A stretch of DNA of 64,000 nucleotides, from positions 1,167,126 to 1,231,125 of the forward strand of contig OZ244140.1 in assembly GCA_965216175.1 (NCBI GenBank), read 5' to 3'. The position numbers were made by a program, and so were the translations under genes. Shown here one piece after another: positions 49,001 through 55,181 of this stretch. Positions within the stretch are counted from its first letter, which is position 1; the number at the start of each line of letters is the position of its first letter. Source of the DNA: Balneola sp. (GTDB lineage: Bacteria; Bacteroidota; Rhodothermia; Balneolales; Balneolaceae). Under the pieces are notes generated by a model. The model did not search any database. It worked only from the letters and a program-made list of their open reading frames with translations, and was not told where the DNA came from.

Positions 49001-50311
49001 TTATTCAACAAGAACCTGAATAACTGTAAGAGTGTACTTACAGATGCGAATGGATTCTACCAGTTCTCTAATGTACTTAACGGTGAATACGATCTGATCG
49101 AATCATTTGGCCAAAGTGTACCAACTCCTGATGTATGTACTCCGGCAGAAGTTGATCCTACCGATCATATTTCAACAACTCCCAATCTTAGAACAGTCAT
49201 TGTAAATAACCTGCCTGCTCAACAAAATTTCGGAGACTTTGAAGGATCAAAAATCACGGGAACTGTTTTTAACGATAATGGTATTGGAGGAGGAGCGGCA
49301 AATGACGGAACTAAAAATGGTACAGAAACTGGAATTGCAACTATTGTAAAGGCTCTCACTGGTTCAGACGTTTTGATAGAACAAACCTCTACAAATCCCA
49401 ATGGCATTTATACATTATTTGTTCCTAAATCAGCAGTAGCAAACGGAGGAACTATAAAAATACAAGAAGTAAATAATCCTTCATTTATTACTATTGATGG
49501 TGCAGTTGGTACTACAGGTGGGTCTTACAGTAAAACTGCGGATGTAACAACGTTTACTAATATTCTTGGTACATCTTTTACAGGTGTAGATTTTGCTGAT
49601 GTTCAAGAAAGTGTATTTAATACCGATGGAAGCCAGAATGTATTGCCAGGAGCCATCGCGGTTTTCCAACATACTTTCAATGCAAAAACATCCGGAAATG
49701 TAATTTTTACAACAAGTTCAATAAATAATCCATCAAATGTTAGTTGGCCTGTTATTCTTTACAACGATCTGAATTGTAATGGAAATATAGATAGTGGTGA
49801 AACAATTCTGGATGGTAGTACTCCTGTATCTGTGGTAGCGGAACAAACTGTTTGCCTGTTGCTAAAAGTTAATGTTCCACAAGGCTTAGACAATGGTTCA
49901 ACAAGTAATACAACAATTTCAGCTGTGATGGACTATTTAAATACTTCACCGGTTATTCAACAAAACTTATCTAGAGGAGACTTGGTTACTGTTAGTAATG
50001 AAGAAGCCGGATTAGTTTTGACAAAATCTGTGGATCAGGCTCAGGCTCTACCTGGATCTATATTGACATATTCAGTTAGTTACCAAAATAATGGAGATGA
50101 ACCGATAAGTTCTCTGGAAATCATTGATAATACACCAAATTATACTTCTTTTAATACGGCAGCGTGTGGGGCATTGCCGAATAATTTAACGGCGTGTACA
50201 ATTACAAGTCCTGCTGTGGGAAGTGCAGGCGGAATTAAATGGACATTTACAGGAACGTTGCAACCTGGTGGGTCAGGTACAGTAACATTTACTGTTAAAA
50301 TTGATAATTGA
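40082..50311 (+). CDS. 3409-aa giant adhesin (DUF2341/LamG, 3x FN3+SwmB-like, GEVED, 4 complete DUF11, beta-helix, SdrD-B-like, terminal truncated DUF11)
   Basis: TTG start abutting the previous stop; signal peptide (GYA|Q); motifs DEIRISNVARSANWI, DYGDAP...GEVEDY and repeated KTVD...GE.I.YT; ends TVTFTVKIDN*. Confidence 0.88.
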   Translation: MSIRNYITQFFAALLVIFIVTASGYAQPTGYGYYKQITLNTAQITGTHSNFPILISITDSDLVGKTQGDGDDIIFASDTNGSTIYDHQMESYNSSTGTYRAWVRIPTLSDANNTLVMFYGNSSATNTSSTNTWDNNYQLVMHMNDVNDQSGNGNNGTNNGTVSIAGKIGNARDFERGDSDFITVADDNTLDITGSITISFWFRQESAQAPDYITKGQNESYEATSRGGIRTRFAKNGGNNLTTPNTDDLVNGAWVYLTFVQSNSGRNIYQDAISVANDNNTDAFNTNNNDLQISRSGDAVDGIMDEIRISNVARSANWISTEYNNQNTPGTFHTFGAEMEAVPPTAPQNVAALALPGGNIRITFDDVDETGSGVASYSVERSTVSGSGYTQVGTVTDDESVDYTFTDNTANDGTTYYYIVTAIDANGNESVNSSEVSATSDGTAPSLQTASVNGNSLALNYDEVLDNGSVPAFGDYTITVNSSSVSISNITVSNDSVLITLNNAVIAGDNIVLNYNSGSNPVQDNTGNNASNLSNQNITNNTPDITAPGIPQNIEAIAVAGGSIEVTFDDLDEIGSGVSSYSVKRSTVQGGSYVQVGTVNDNESAVYTYQDNSTTNDIIYYYVVSAIDASSNEGANSSEVFATADSDLPQIQTVTVNGELLRLDYNETLDNTSIPATTDFTVSVNSSTRSVTNVSISTSLVTLTLNPEVEEGDVVVVSYTPGSNRIQDPAGNEAASLSNQSVTNNTTAFNVTPPSVIIATAIADADIQIEFSDVGESGEVSSYSVKRSTTENGTYSEIGTLSDNESSNYTFTDNTSVDGTLYYYVVTAIDDNSNESTQSSKVSATADGTDPSVESILSGEASVLLDYDELLDINSVPSTSDFVVSVNGSSVSISSVTVSNVRVVVELVNSIQSGDNVTLSYTSGSNPIKDIAGNNAANFSNQSTVNYAKTNIAFGPDPCPIVNGNDASWACFDGVNNGTSMTARVGDLDLATVTAASGSQTIFAPNALQEWSSGTFSGDEFNGPQINPTGNANNATSFDINIPSTVPSDAIILSLNKLRPESGGTSYTLEAFDGTNTKVPVNGWITGQGGDGGICSNSINLNYTNSNTTIEFQPTVSGNQACASSSNPIWFRINNTGIERIEIRKTSTNPDNIHLGLALVADYGDAPNSYRTNYNSRGTAPAFHLLSNTGVNNVYLGAGVDGDGNGASGTNANGDDSESTGIGSGDDEDGSSALPTLRTNDQTYSIDLVCTDGGKVGGWIDINQNGVFDSNEYAFNECSGGVATLNWGGLSGLITGSTFARFRIASNASEIANPFGVAFDGEVEDYTITIDEPATPDLGIVKTVDNSNPIEGEEIEFTVSVTNPGEFTATGIQVTDQLPPGITYVSHSVSQGTYNNSTGVWNIGTLAEGDTTTVSLTLTATVNNGTVGSTITNSASITGLNENDPDLSNNSESAGITVVNQSTDIGITKIADKSQAIEGENITYTIVATNNGPRNATNVKLIDQIPSGLSFESSNPSVGSYISSTGIWDVGSLNNSAQASLVLVLSVDVGSENSTITNTASLNSIDQTDTNTGNNTASADVDIVAAGFPATCSEVTSLNFDNATLISGSAGQVGAIYRFLGVTSGVNAEIEIVTNLNANLVNFDQSTSGTSQNFQPQIEAVDKNAAEAYIDFEVRFLDSLSGNPRFLTFTATAVDVDGDNNDTREFVGFQRLTSFTVEDATSLVVGSSGIYTTFESATSQVVNGIDPTDTDNIAYTTYTNEPQFRIRGGIKDPTNTTGGAAQRLFSINFEPCLINNFSDPSSENIVEVGVTKTVDNNNPSVGENITYTVTATNNQGNSVGNVKITDQLPSGLTPVSATPSTGTYSGNIWDIGTLNGLQSANLVITATVNSGTEGNTITNTATITDFTGTDGNTNNNTSSINIFVNDPGSTVCSEPPLFNFNNFNLEQGVTGQVNSIYRFSAISPGLDALVKVKAISNATIDQIDDNGLGNSAANFSPLFTATQSGGYIDWEIRFVQAGTNNPVKRNFSMTALDIDGSDQGGGQTIRDFLGFSQNQSNTVQSGNNLTETTSGAFQFFTSNVSTDGSGSFDIDHMAYILYRYTSVLEFRMGSNTTGGYTDDRLVDIDFTQCRNQDFTNPVTTTRNADISVVKTVDNPNPLANENVNFTITVANNGPENATEVDVNETLPSGLTLVQATPSKGTYNQISKIWAIGSLANNTSATLLIEASVNSGVTADSLVNKAFLLGLNQFDNNATNDTSTAVVKISDQIDGVVFRDRTGNGITDGDNNFGDASGDQTALADVVVHLFKDGGDGNPNGTDDTYLRADTTDISGFYSFQIGEDADYWVVVNSKTGSLSNGSTWGEQVYAPKGGICSDGNGTSTTKTSAGNCFGGRRGNQSDNLPTGSAPLATDLANAEHVAKITLNSAAITDIDFGFSFNVVTDTRDGDDDGSSNRSIQGSLRQFISNANAISGANTMRFVPSIATNEIGSGGNWWKITLNSELPAITDPLTTLDGRSFNLNSPLAVLNPNSGTIGTGSTVGIDGISLTAFERKELEVDLNDVGNDALSINSTGAVVIRHFALFNNSRTIVLTNISGGTVENNMIGSRADGTDPTGVNQSNLGILITGSSSQTPLIQRNYIAYTKDSGLRSDNANATIQFTKNEVYRAGNLENNADGLEGIGTWFITQNLFHENGKSNGSDIYGGSGIELGNSAGTVTSGNTIRNNTIRDHRTTGINVLNQVSSTLIEKNIITGNGTDYLSAPFKGAGVRLSFPDAQPQQGVFITKNSFSNNKGLAIDIVTSGNGEADGVSPNDGVIETSSTEPNRGLDYPVFTLATIDGTQLTVEGYIGKNATRITGSYSIEIYKAANDNNQDGLIEEGGSLIRPHGEGQTLIGTITTNANGTFSETFTVSSTSIVVNDRITALTFDSENNTSEFSSNQRVVNTGVTINGYVYEDVNHNALREGNENGIESVTIVLFNKNLNNCKSVLTDANGFYQFSNVLNGEYDLIESFGQSVPTPDVCTPAEVDPTDHISTTPNLRTVIVNNLPAQQNFGDFEGSKITGTVFNDNGIGGGAANDGTKNGTETGIATIVKALTGSDVLIEQTSTNPNGIYTLFVPKSAVANGGTIKIQEVNNPSFITIDGAVGTTGGSYSKTADVTTFTNILGTSFTGVDFADVQESVFNTDGSQNVLPGAIAVFQHTFNAKTSGNVIFTTSSINNPSNVSWPVILYNDLNCNGNIDSGETILDGSTPVSVVAEQTVCLLLKVNVPQGLDNGSTSNTTISAVMDYLNTSPVIQQNLSRGDLVTVSNEEAGLVLTKSVDQAQALPGSILTYSVSYQNNGDEPISSLEIIDNTPNYTSFNTAACGALPNNLTACTITSPAVGSAGGIKWTFTGTLQPGGSGTVTFTVKIDN

Positions 50312-50318
50312 GATTAAA

Positions 50319-50714
50319 ATGAATAGAGAAGAAAAAAGACCAATTGTATTCATAGTAGAAGATAATGATGCCTATAGAATACTAACTGGACGCATGTTAG
50401 AACAGAGAGGCTTTTTGGTGCTTATGTTTGCCGATGGATATAAAGCAATTGAAATGCTGGAATATATTGTACCGAGCATAATCCTTTCTGACATTCAAAT
50501 GCCCGGGATGGATGGGTTTTTACTTCATGAAAAGATTGGAGACCTTTATCCTGAGTTAAATATTCCATTTCAGTATATATCATCCACAAAAGAAAAGCAG
50601 CTTATTGATAGAGCAAACACATTAAGCATTGAAAAGTTAGTTCAAAAACCCGCAAGAGCTGAAGAATTATCTTTAATTCTCAAAAATGCTATATCTAAAT
50701 TTGCCGCCGCATAA
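50319..50714 (+). CDS. Single-domain response regulator (CheY-like receiver)
   Basis: IVEDND, ILSDIQMPGMDG and VQKP motifs; ATG 50319 preferred over the overlapping track start 50301. Confidence 0.88.
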   Translation: MNREEKRPIVFIVEDNDAYRILTGRMLEQRGFLVLMFADGYKAIEMLEYIVPSIILSDIQMPGMDGFLLHEKIGDLYPELNIPFQYISSTKEKQLIDRANTLSIEKLVQKPARAEELSLILKNAISKFAAA

Positions 50715-50765
50715 ATAGTACGAATAAAAGTTTCATTTTATAGCTTGATGGAATAGATTCCGTCC

Positions 50766-51503
50766 ATGATTTCAACTTCAAAAGCTATAATACTTCGCTG
50801 TATTGATTATCAGAATTCCAGTAAAATCATTACAGCATTTTCTCAAACCCACGGAAAAATATCGCTCATTGCCAAAGGCGTTAAAAAGCCAAAGAGTAAA
50901 TTAGCAGGAGTTATTGAAGTTGGTAACATTCTGGAGGTAACCTATTATTATAAAGCTTCACGAAACATTCAAACTTTGTCAGATGCTTCTATCATTTATC
51001 AATCTCTTAATTTTAGAAAAGATTTTGAGAAGGCATCAATTCTATATTCATCTTTAGAATTATTAGCACAGCTTGTGCACGAAAACGAAGAGAATGATAT
51101 GACTTTTGCTTTTGCTCACAACTTCATAAAGTGGCTGGGAGAATCACAAAAAACACAAGCATCAATTTTTGCATATGTTCAGCTACGATTAGCCCAAATT
51201 GCCGGCATTGGTTTGATCGATGAATCCACAAATTCAGATGAAACAGTTTATTTAAATATAAGTAGTGGAACAATAGCAGGAGAACCTGACTCAGAATTAG
51301 CATATAAGTTAACTCAAAAGCAGGCGTTATTTTTAAGAATGGGGATTAACTCCAGAAATACAGACATTTTTAATATTGATTTAAAAAATTCAGAACTAAA
51401 ACAGCTGATTTTCCATTTAGATGTGTACTTTAAATATCATATTGATGGATTTAAAGACCGACGTTCTGATACAATTTTTGAACAAATGATACAGGAGCAA
51501 TAA
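50766..51503 (+). CDS. recO: DNA repair protein RecO
   Basis: KAIILRCIDYQNSSKIITAFSQTHGKISLIAKGVKKPKSK OB-fold N-terminus. Confidence 0.92.
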   Translation: MISTSKAIILRCIDYQNSSKIITAFSQTHGKISLIAKGVKKPKSKLAGVIEVGNILEVTYYYKASRNIQTLSDASIIYQSLNFRKDFEKASILYSSLELLAQLVHENEENDMTFAFAHNFIKWLGESQKTQASIFAYVQLRLAQIAGIGLIDESTNSDETVYLNISSGTIAGEPDSELAYKLTQKQALFLRMGINSRNTDIFNIDLKNSELKQLIFHLDVYFKYHIDGFKDRRSDTIFEQMIQEQ

Positions 51504-51507
51504 TATT

Positions 51508-53019
51508 ATGAGAAAAAGGGATAGATTTTTAACAAGTGTTCTACTGATCCTTATTGGTGTTTCTATTGGTACACTGATAGCTCTTTATACTATTAATGAT
51601 GACCTAGCTCCACTTTCAGAAGTTAGATATACAGAAATTAATAAAAGTGAATCTCCTTTTTTTGAAGATGAAGAATTAGCTGATATTGATCCCCGATTTG
51701 TATTCAAAAACATTGCAAGTTCGGTAACTCCCTCAGTAGTTTATATAGAAACCATCATACCCGTTTCAGGGTCCGAAAGCGGAGAGAGTGGTAATTTTTG
51801 GAACAGGGTAATCCCCCGAAGAGCAAGAACAGTAGGTTCGGGGGTATTGATAACGAAAGACGGATACATTCTTACAAATAATCACGTTATTCAAGATGCT
51901 GTGGATAAAGGTATAAAAGTTGTACTCAATGATAAGCGTGAATATCCTGCTAAGATTGTAGGGTTAGATCCCAGTACAGATCTTGCCGTAATAAAAATTA
52001 ACGGAGATGATCATTCGGCAATCACAGTTGGTAACTCAGAAAGTGTAGATGTAGGAGAATGGGTACTGGCAATTGGTAACCCGTTCAGATTGCGATCTAC
52101 TGTAACAGCAGGAATTGTAAGTGCGTTAAGCAGAGATGTCCAGATTATTGAGGACAATTTTAGAATCGAAAGTTTTATTCAAACAGACGCTGCCATCAAC
52201 AAAGGAAATAGTGGAGGAGCTTTAGTAAATACCAGTGGCCAGCTAGTAGGGATCAATACAGCCATTGCCTCACAAAGTGGAAGTTATCAGGGATATGGTT
52301 TTGCTGTTCCAATTAACCTGGCAATTAAGGTTGCAACAGATCTAATAGAGTTCGGTGAGGTACGCCGAGCTTTGCTTGGAGTTAGCATTGCATCAGTAGA
52401 TTATGATCGTGCCGTTCAGGTAGGATTGGATGAAGTAAAAGGGGTAGAAATTGTTGTGATTACTGAAAATGGAGCAGCGTTTAATGCCGGGCTTGAATTA
52501 GGCGATATAATTCTTGAAGTAAATAAGTTTGAAGTAAATGAGTCAAACCAATTACAGGAAAAGATAGCTATTGTCAGGCCCGGAGAGAATGTCGAGCTTT
52601 TGATCTGGAGAAATGGAAAAGAATTCACGCAAAATGTAGAATTAAAAATGTTGGAGCAACAACAGATCAATGATTTAGTTGGAGTTCCTGAATCTGAAAC
52701 AGAAAATCCGGATTCTGAAATCTTTGAATTTGATGTCGATTTCCATGAGTTTGATTTGGGTTTCAGGGTTTTAGAAATTCCTTCTGCCACCGGCGGAAAT
52801 CCCCAACTAATAATTTCTAAAGTGTATAAATACTCAGAGGCTTGGAATCGTGGGTTGAAAAAAGATCAAACTATTTTAGAAGTAGATGAAATTGAAGTTG
52901 AAGATCTCCAAACTTTAAAAGAACTTGTCGCAGAAAATTTAACAAAAAACGGATCGATAACTTTAGAGGTAATTGATGAAGACAATGCCCGGGGTTATAT
53001 AGAATTGAAAGATAATTAA
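51508..53019 (+). CDS. degP: DegP/HtrA serine protease with PDZ domains
   Basis: LTNNHV, TDLAVIK and TDAAINKGNSGGAL motifs, followed by PDZ domains. Confidence 0.9.
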   Translation: MRKRDRFLTSVLLILIGVSIGTLIALYTINDDLAPLSEVRYTEINKSESPFFEDEELADIDPRFVFKNIASSVTPSVVYIETIIPVSGSESGESGNFWNRVIPRRARTVGSGVLITKDGYILTNNHVIQDAVDKGIKVVLNDKREYPAKIVGLDPSTDLAVIKINGDDHSAITVGNSESVDVGEWVLAIGNPFRLRSTVTAGIVSALSRDVQIIEDNFRIESFIQTDAAINKGNSGGALVNTSGQLVGINTAIASQSGSYQGYGFAVPINLAIKVATDLIEFGEVRRALLGVSIASVDYDRAVQVGLDEVKGVEIVVITENGAAFNAGLELGDIILEVNKFEVNESNQLQEKIAIVRPGENVELLIWRNGKEFTQNVELKMLEQQQINDLVGVPESETENPDSEIFEFDVDFHEFDLGFRVLEIPSATGGNPQLIISKVYKYSEAWNRGLKKDQTILEVDEIEVEDLQTLKELVAENLTKNGSITLEVIDEDNARGYIELKDN

Positions 53020-53555
53020 TGAAAAATTATTCCAGGATTGCACTACTGAGCTTGTTAACATTAACCATAGCATGCTCAGGAGCTAAAGAAACAACTACAA
53101 ATAGTAGTACAACAACATCAAGCAGTTCAATGTATCCTGTATGGTATGGCTCGTTTGAATTCTCCGCAGATAGTTCAAGTTTTCATGCGCGTGCAACTGC
53201 TGTAGCTTCTAATGCAAACACAGCAAAAATACGTGCAGAGAAAGAAGCCAGAGCTTTATTGGAAAGTTACATTGCTAAAGAACTTGAAAATGTACGATCT
53301 GAATTAGAAAGAGATGGATCTGATATTGTGTCAGAACCAGCGTTTATATTGAAGCTTCGGAATGCACATCTTAAAGTTGAGGAAGAAGCTACCGTACTAC
53401 AATCCGATTCAAAACAAAGTGAAGGAGTGTTCCGGGGTTTTGCAAAAGTAGAGATAAATAAGCAGACTCTACACAGATTGTTGGAACAGGGATTTTCGGG
53501 GAATAGAGCCTATTGGAATACCTTTTCTTCAAGCAAATCTTTTACAGAGCTATAG
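53019..53555 (+). CDS. Hypothetical lipoprotein
   Basis: Lipobox TIAC followed by an S/T-rich linker. Confidence 0.7.
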   Translation: MKNYSRIALLSLLTLTIACSGAKETTTNSSTTTSSSSMYPVWYGSFEFSADSSSFHARATAVASNANTAKIRAEKEARALLESYIAKELENVRSELERDGSDIVSEPAFILKLRNAHLKVEEEATVLQSDSKQSEGVFRGFAKVEINKQTLHRLLEQGFSGNRAYWNTFSSSKSFTEL

Positions 53556-53613
53556 TGCTATCTTCATAAGAACCAGATTCTAATTTGTATTTTTAATTGC
53601 AGAATATTTAATT

Positions 53614-53646
53614 AAAGCTCGTTTTATAATAAAACGAGCTTTTTTT
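53614..53646 (+). terminator. Rho-independent terminator
   Basis: AAAGCTCGTTTTA-TAA-TAAAACGAGCTTT stem followed by a T run. Confidence 0.85.
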
Positions 53647-53669
53647 ATAGGTTGAATATGCAGTGAAAT

Positions 53670-53687
53670 ACCACATGGATATGTGGT
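53670..53687. promoter_or_regulatory. Palindromic operator-like site 1
   Basis: ACCACAT-GGAT-ATGTGGT, about 50 nt upstream of ATG 53738. Confidence 0.7.
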
Positions 53688-53737
53688 GTAAGGGTTAGAA
53701 AAAAAAGTAAAATTTCTATACAAACAATTAACTAATT

Positions 53738-54196
53738 ATGGGAAGAAAAATGAGCGATCCTGTCAATGATCATCCAACAAATATGCACAATAAATTATGC
53801 ATAAATATGTACTTATGGAATAAAAATTATAAAGGCGAAGGTTTTGAAACTCCCGTTATAATTCCACCTGGAGAGAAAAGACCAATTAAAACGATTGAAA
53901 TCCATAAAAAAAAATCAACGGCCGAAGAGGAATGGTGTCATTTTAAAATTGGAATTAATAAAAGAGATTTAGATAGCATAAAGAAATTAGAGGAAACTAA
54001 AGACGATACTAATTCAAGTATGGAATATAATATACCTGAACATTTTAAAGTTGAATCATTGGTTTTTAGAAATGAAGAGGGATTAATAAACTATGAATTC
54101 GAAATAAAAGCTTCTATAAAACACAAAGGCCCTATTACTGATGTAGATCCTAATGTTGAACACCCCAATGACCCCCCACCATCAGGAGGAGGATAA
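53738..54196 (+). CDS. Hypothetical cytoplasmic protein, 152 aa
   Basis: No signal peptide; ends DVDPNVEHPNDPPPSGGG*. Confidence 0.65.
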   Translation: MGRKMSDPVNDHPTNMHNKLCINMYLWNKNYKGEGFETPVIIPPGEKRPIKTIEIHKKKSTAEEEWCHFKIGINKRDLDSIKKLEETKDDTNSSMEYNIPEHFKVESLVFRNEEGLINYEFEIKASIKHKGPITDVDPNVEHPNDPPPSGGG

Positions 54197-54203
54197 TAAA
54201 CGG

Positions 54204-55181
54204 ATGATGAATCTAGAAATTACATTTCGAGCTCTTAAGGAAAATGGAATATCTGGTTCTAGTGATAATCCTAAAAAATTAAGTCTGTTTAATGACTTTA
54301 ATCATGCAATTGAATTATATGGTAATGACGACAATGTTAGCGGAATAACTATTGCTAAAGAAGAAAATTCCGATGAACTTAATGTTTTAGTTCATTCTCC
54401 AAATCCTGAAATATTAAAAAATATTGGATTTAAAGTTGTAAAGAGAGAATATACTATTCAAGAAGAAGGTTCTGATCTTATTGATTCTAAAGTTGAATCA
54501 ATAACTTTGGCACAATGTAACAGAAGAATGAAACAAGCTTTAAAACCGGGTATAAGTATTGGAGATAGTTCTAGCACGGGAACTCTTGGGATGATTGTAA
54601 AAACAAGAATGGTAAGAACCGGAAAATCAGTCAAAGCTTTGCTTACCTGTGATCATGTATTAAATGATGATCCGGTAATTCAGCCGGGGTTTGCTGATGG
54701 AGGTGATGAAAAAAAGAATATGGTGGCCACACTGTTACAAGAAAAGAGAATATTTGATGAGAGGGGAGATATAGTTTTAGCTAAACTCAATTCCGATATA
54801 AAATATGATCTTGGAATTTGTGGGGAGAACCGACTTAGATTTAAAGATAAAAGATTCGTAAAAATTGGAGAGGCAGTTAAAAAATCGGGGAGAACAACTA
54901 ACATATCAAGGTTAAAGGTAAATGAAATAGGTGTTTTTTATATCAATTATGGAAATAGAAAATATAAATTTAACGCATTTAGCTTGATAAGAGGGGAAGG
55001 TGAGACGCTTCCAAATATTTATGCATCAATGGATAGTGGTAGTGTTGTTTATGCTGAAAGCTCAAGGTCAGGAATGGCAACAGCTGCTGGGGTTTTATTT
55101 GCAATAGAAAAAAACACAAAACATGGTATTGCTTGCCATATAACTCCCATATTTGAAGACTTAGAGATAGATTTCATTTGA
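54204..55181 (+). CDS. Trypsin-like (Nal1-like) serine protease
   Basis: GISIG...GTLG, LLTCDHVL (His), QPGFADGG, DIVLAKL (Asp), ASMDSGS (Ser). ATG 54204 preferred over the track start 54153. Confidence 0.75.
   Translation: MMNLEITFRALKENGISGSSDNPKKLSLFNDFNHAIELYGNDDNVSGITIAKEENSDELNVLVHSPNPEILKNIGFKVVKREYTIQEEGSDLIDSKVESITLAQCNRRMKQALKPGISIGDSSSTGTLGMIVKTRMVRTGKSVKALLTCDHVLNDDPVIQPGFADGGDEKKNMVATLLQEKRIFDERGDIVLAKLNSDIKYDLGICGENRLRFKDKRFVKIGEAVKKSGRTTNISRLKVNEIGVFYINYGNRKYKFNAFSLIRGEGETLPNIYASMDSGSVVYAESSRSGMATAAGVLFAIEKNTKHGIACHITPIFEDLEIDFI

Noticed and set aside
29616-50311. DUF11 operon as a classical chaperone-usher, type V pilus or T9SS cargo cluster
   Set aside because: No PapD/PapC motifs, no lipoprotein pilins with Arg/Lys cleavage propeptides and no T9SS C-terminal domains recognised.
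54153-54203. Extended N-terminus of the protease given by the ORF track
   Set aside because: It overlaps the upstream gene's 3' end; ATG 54204 just after that stop is more plausible.
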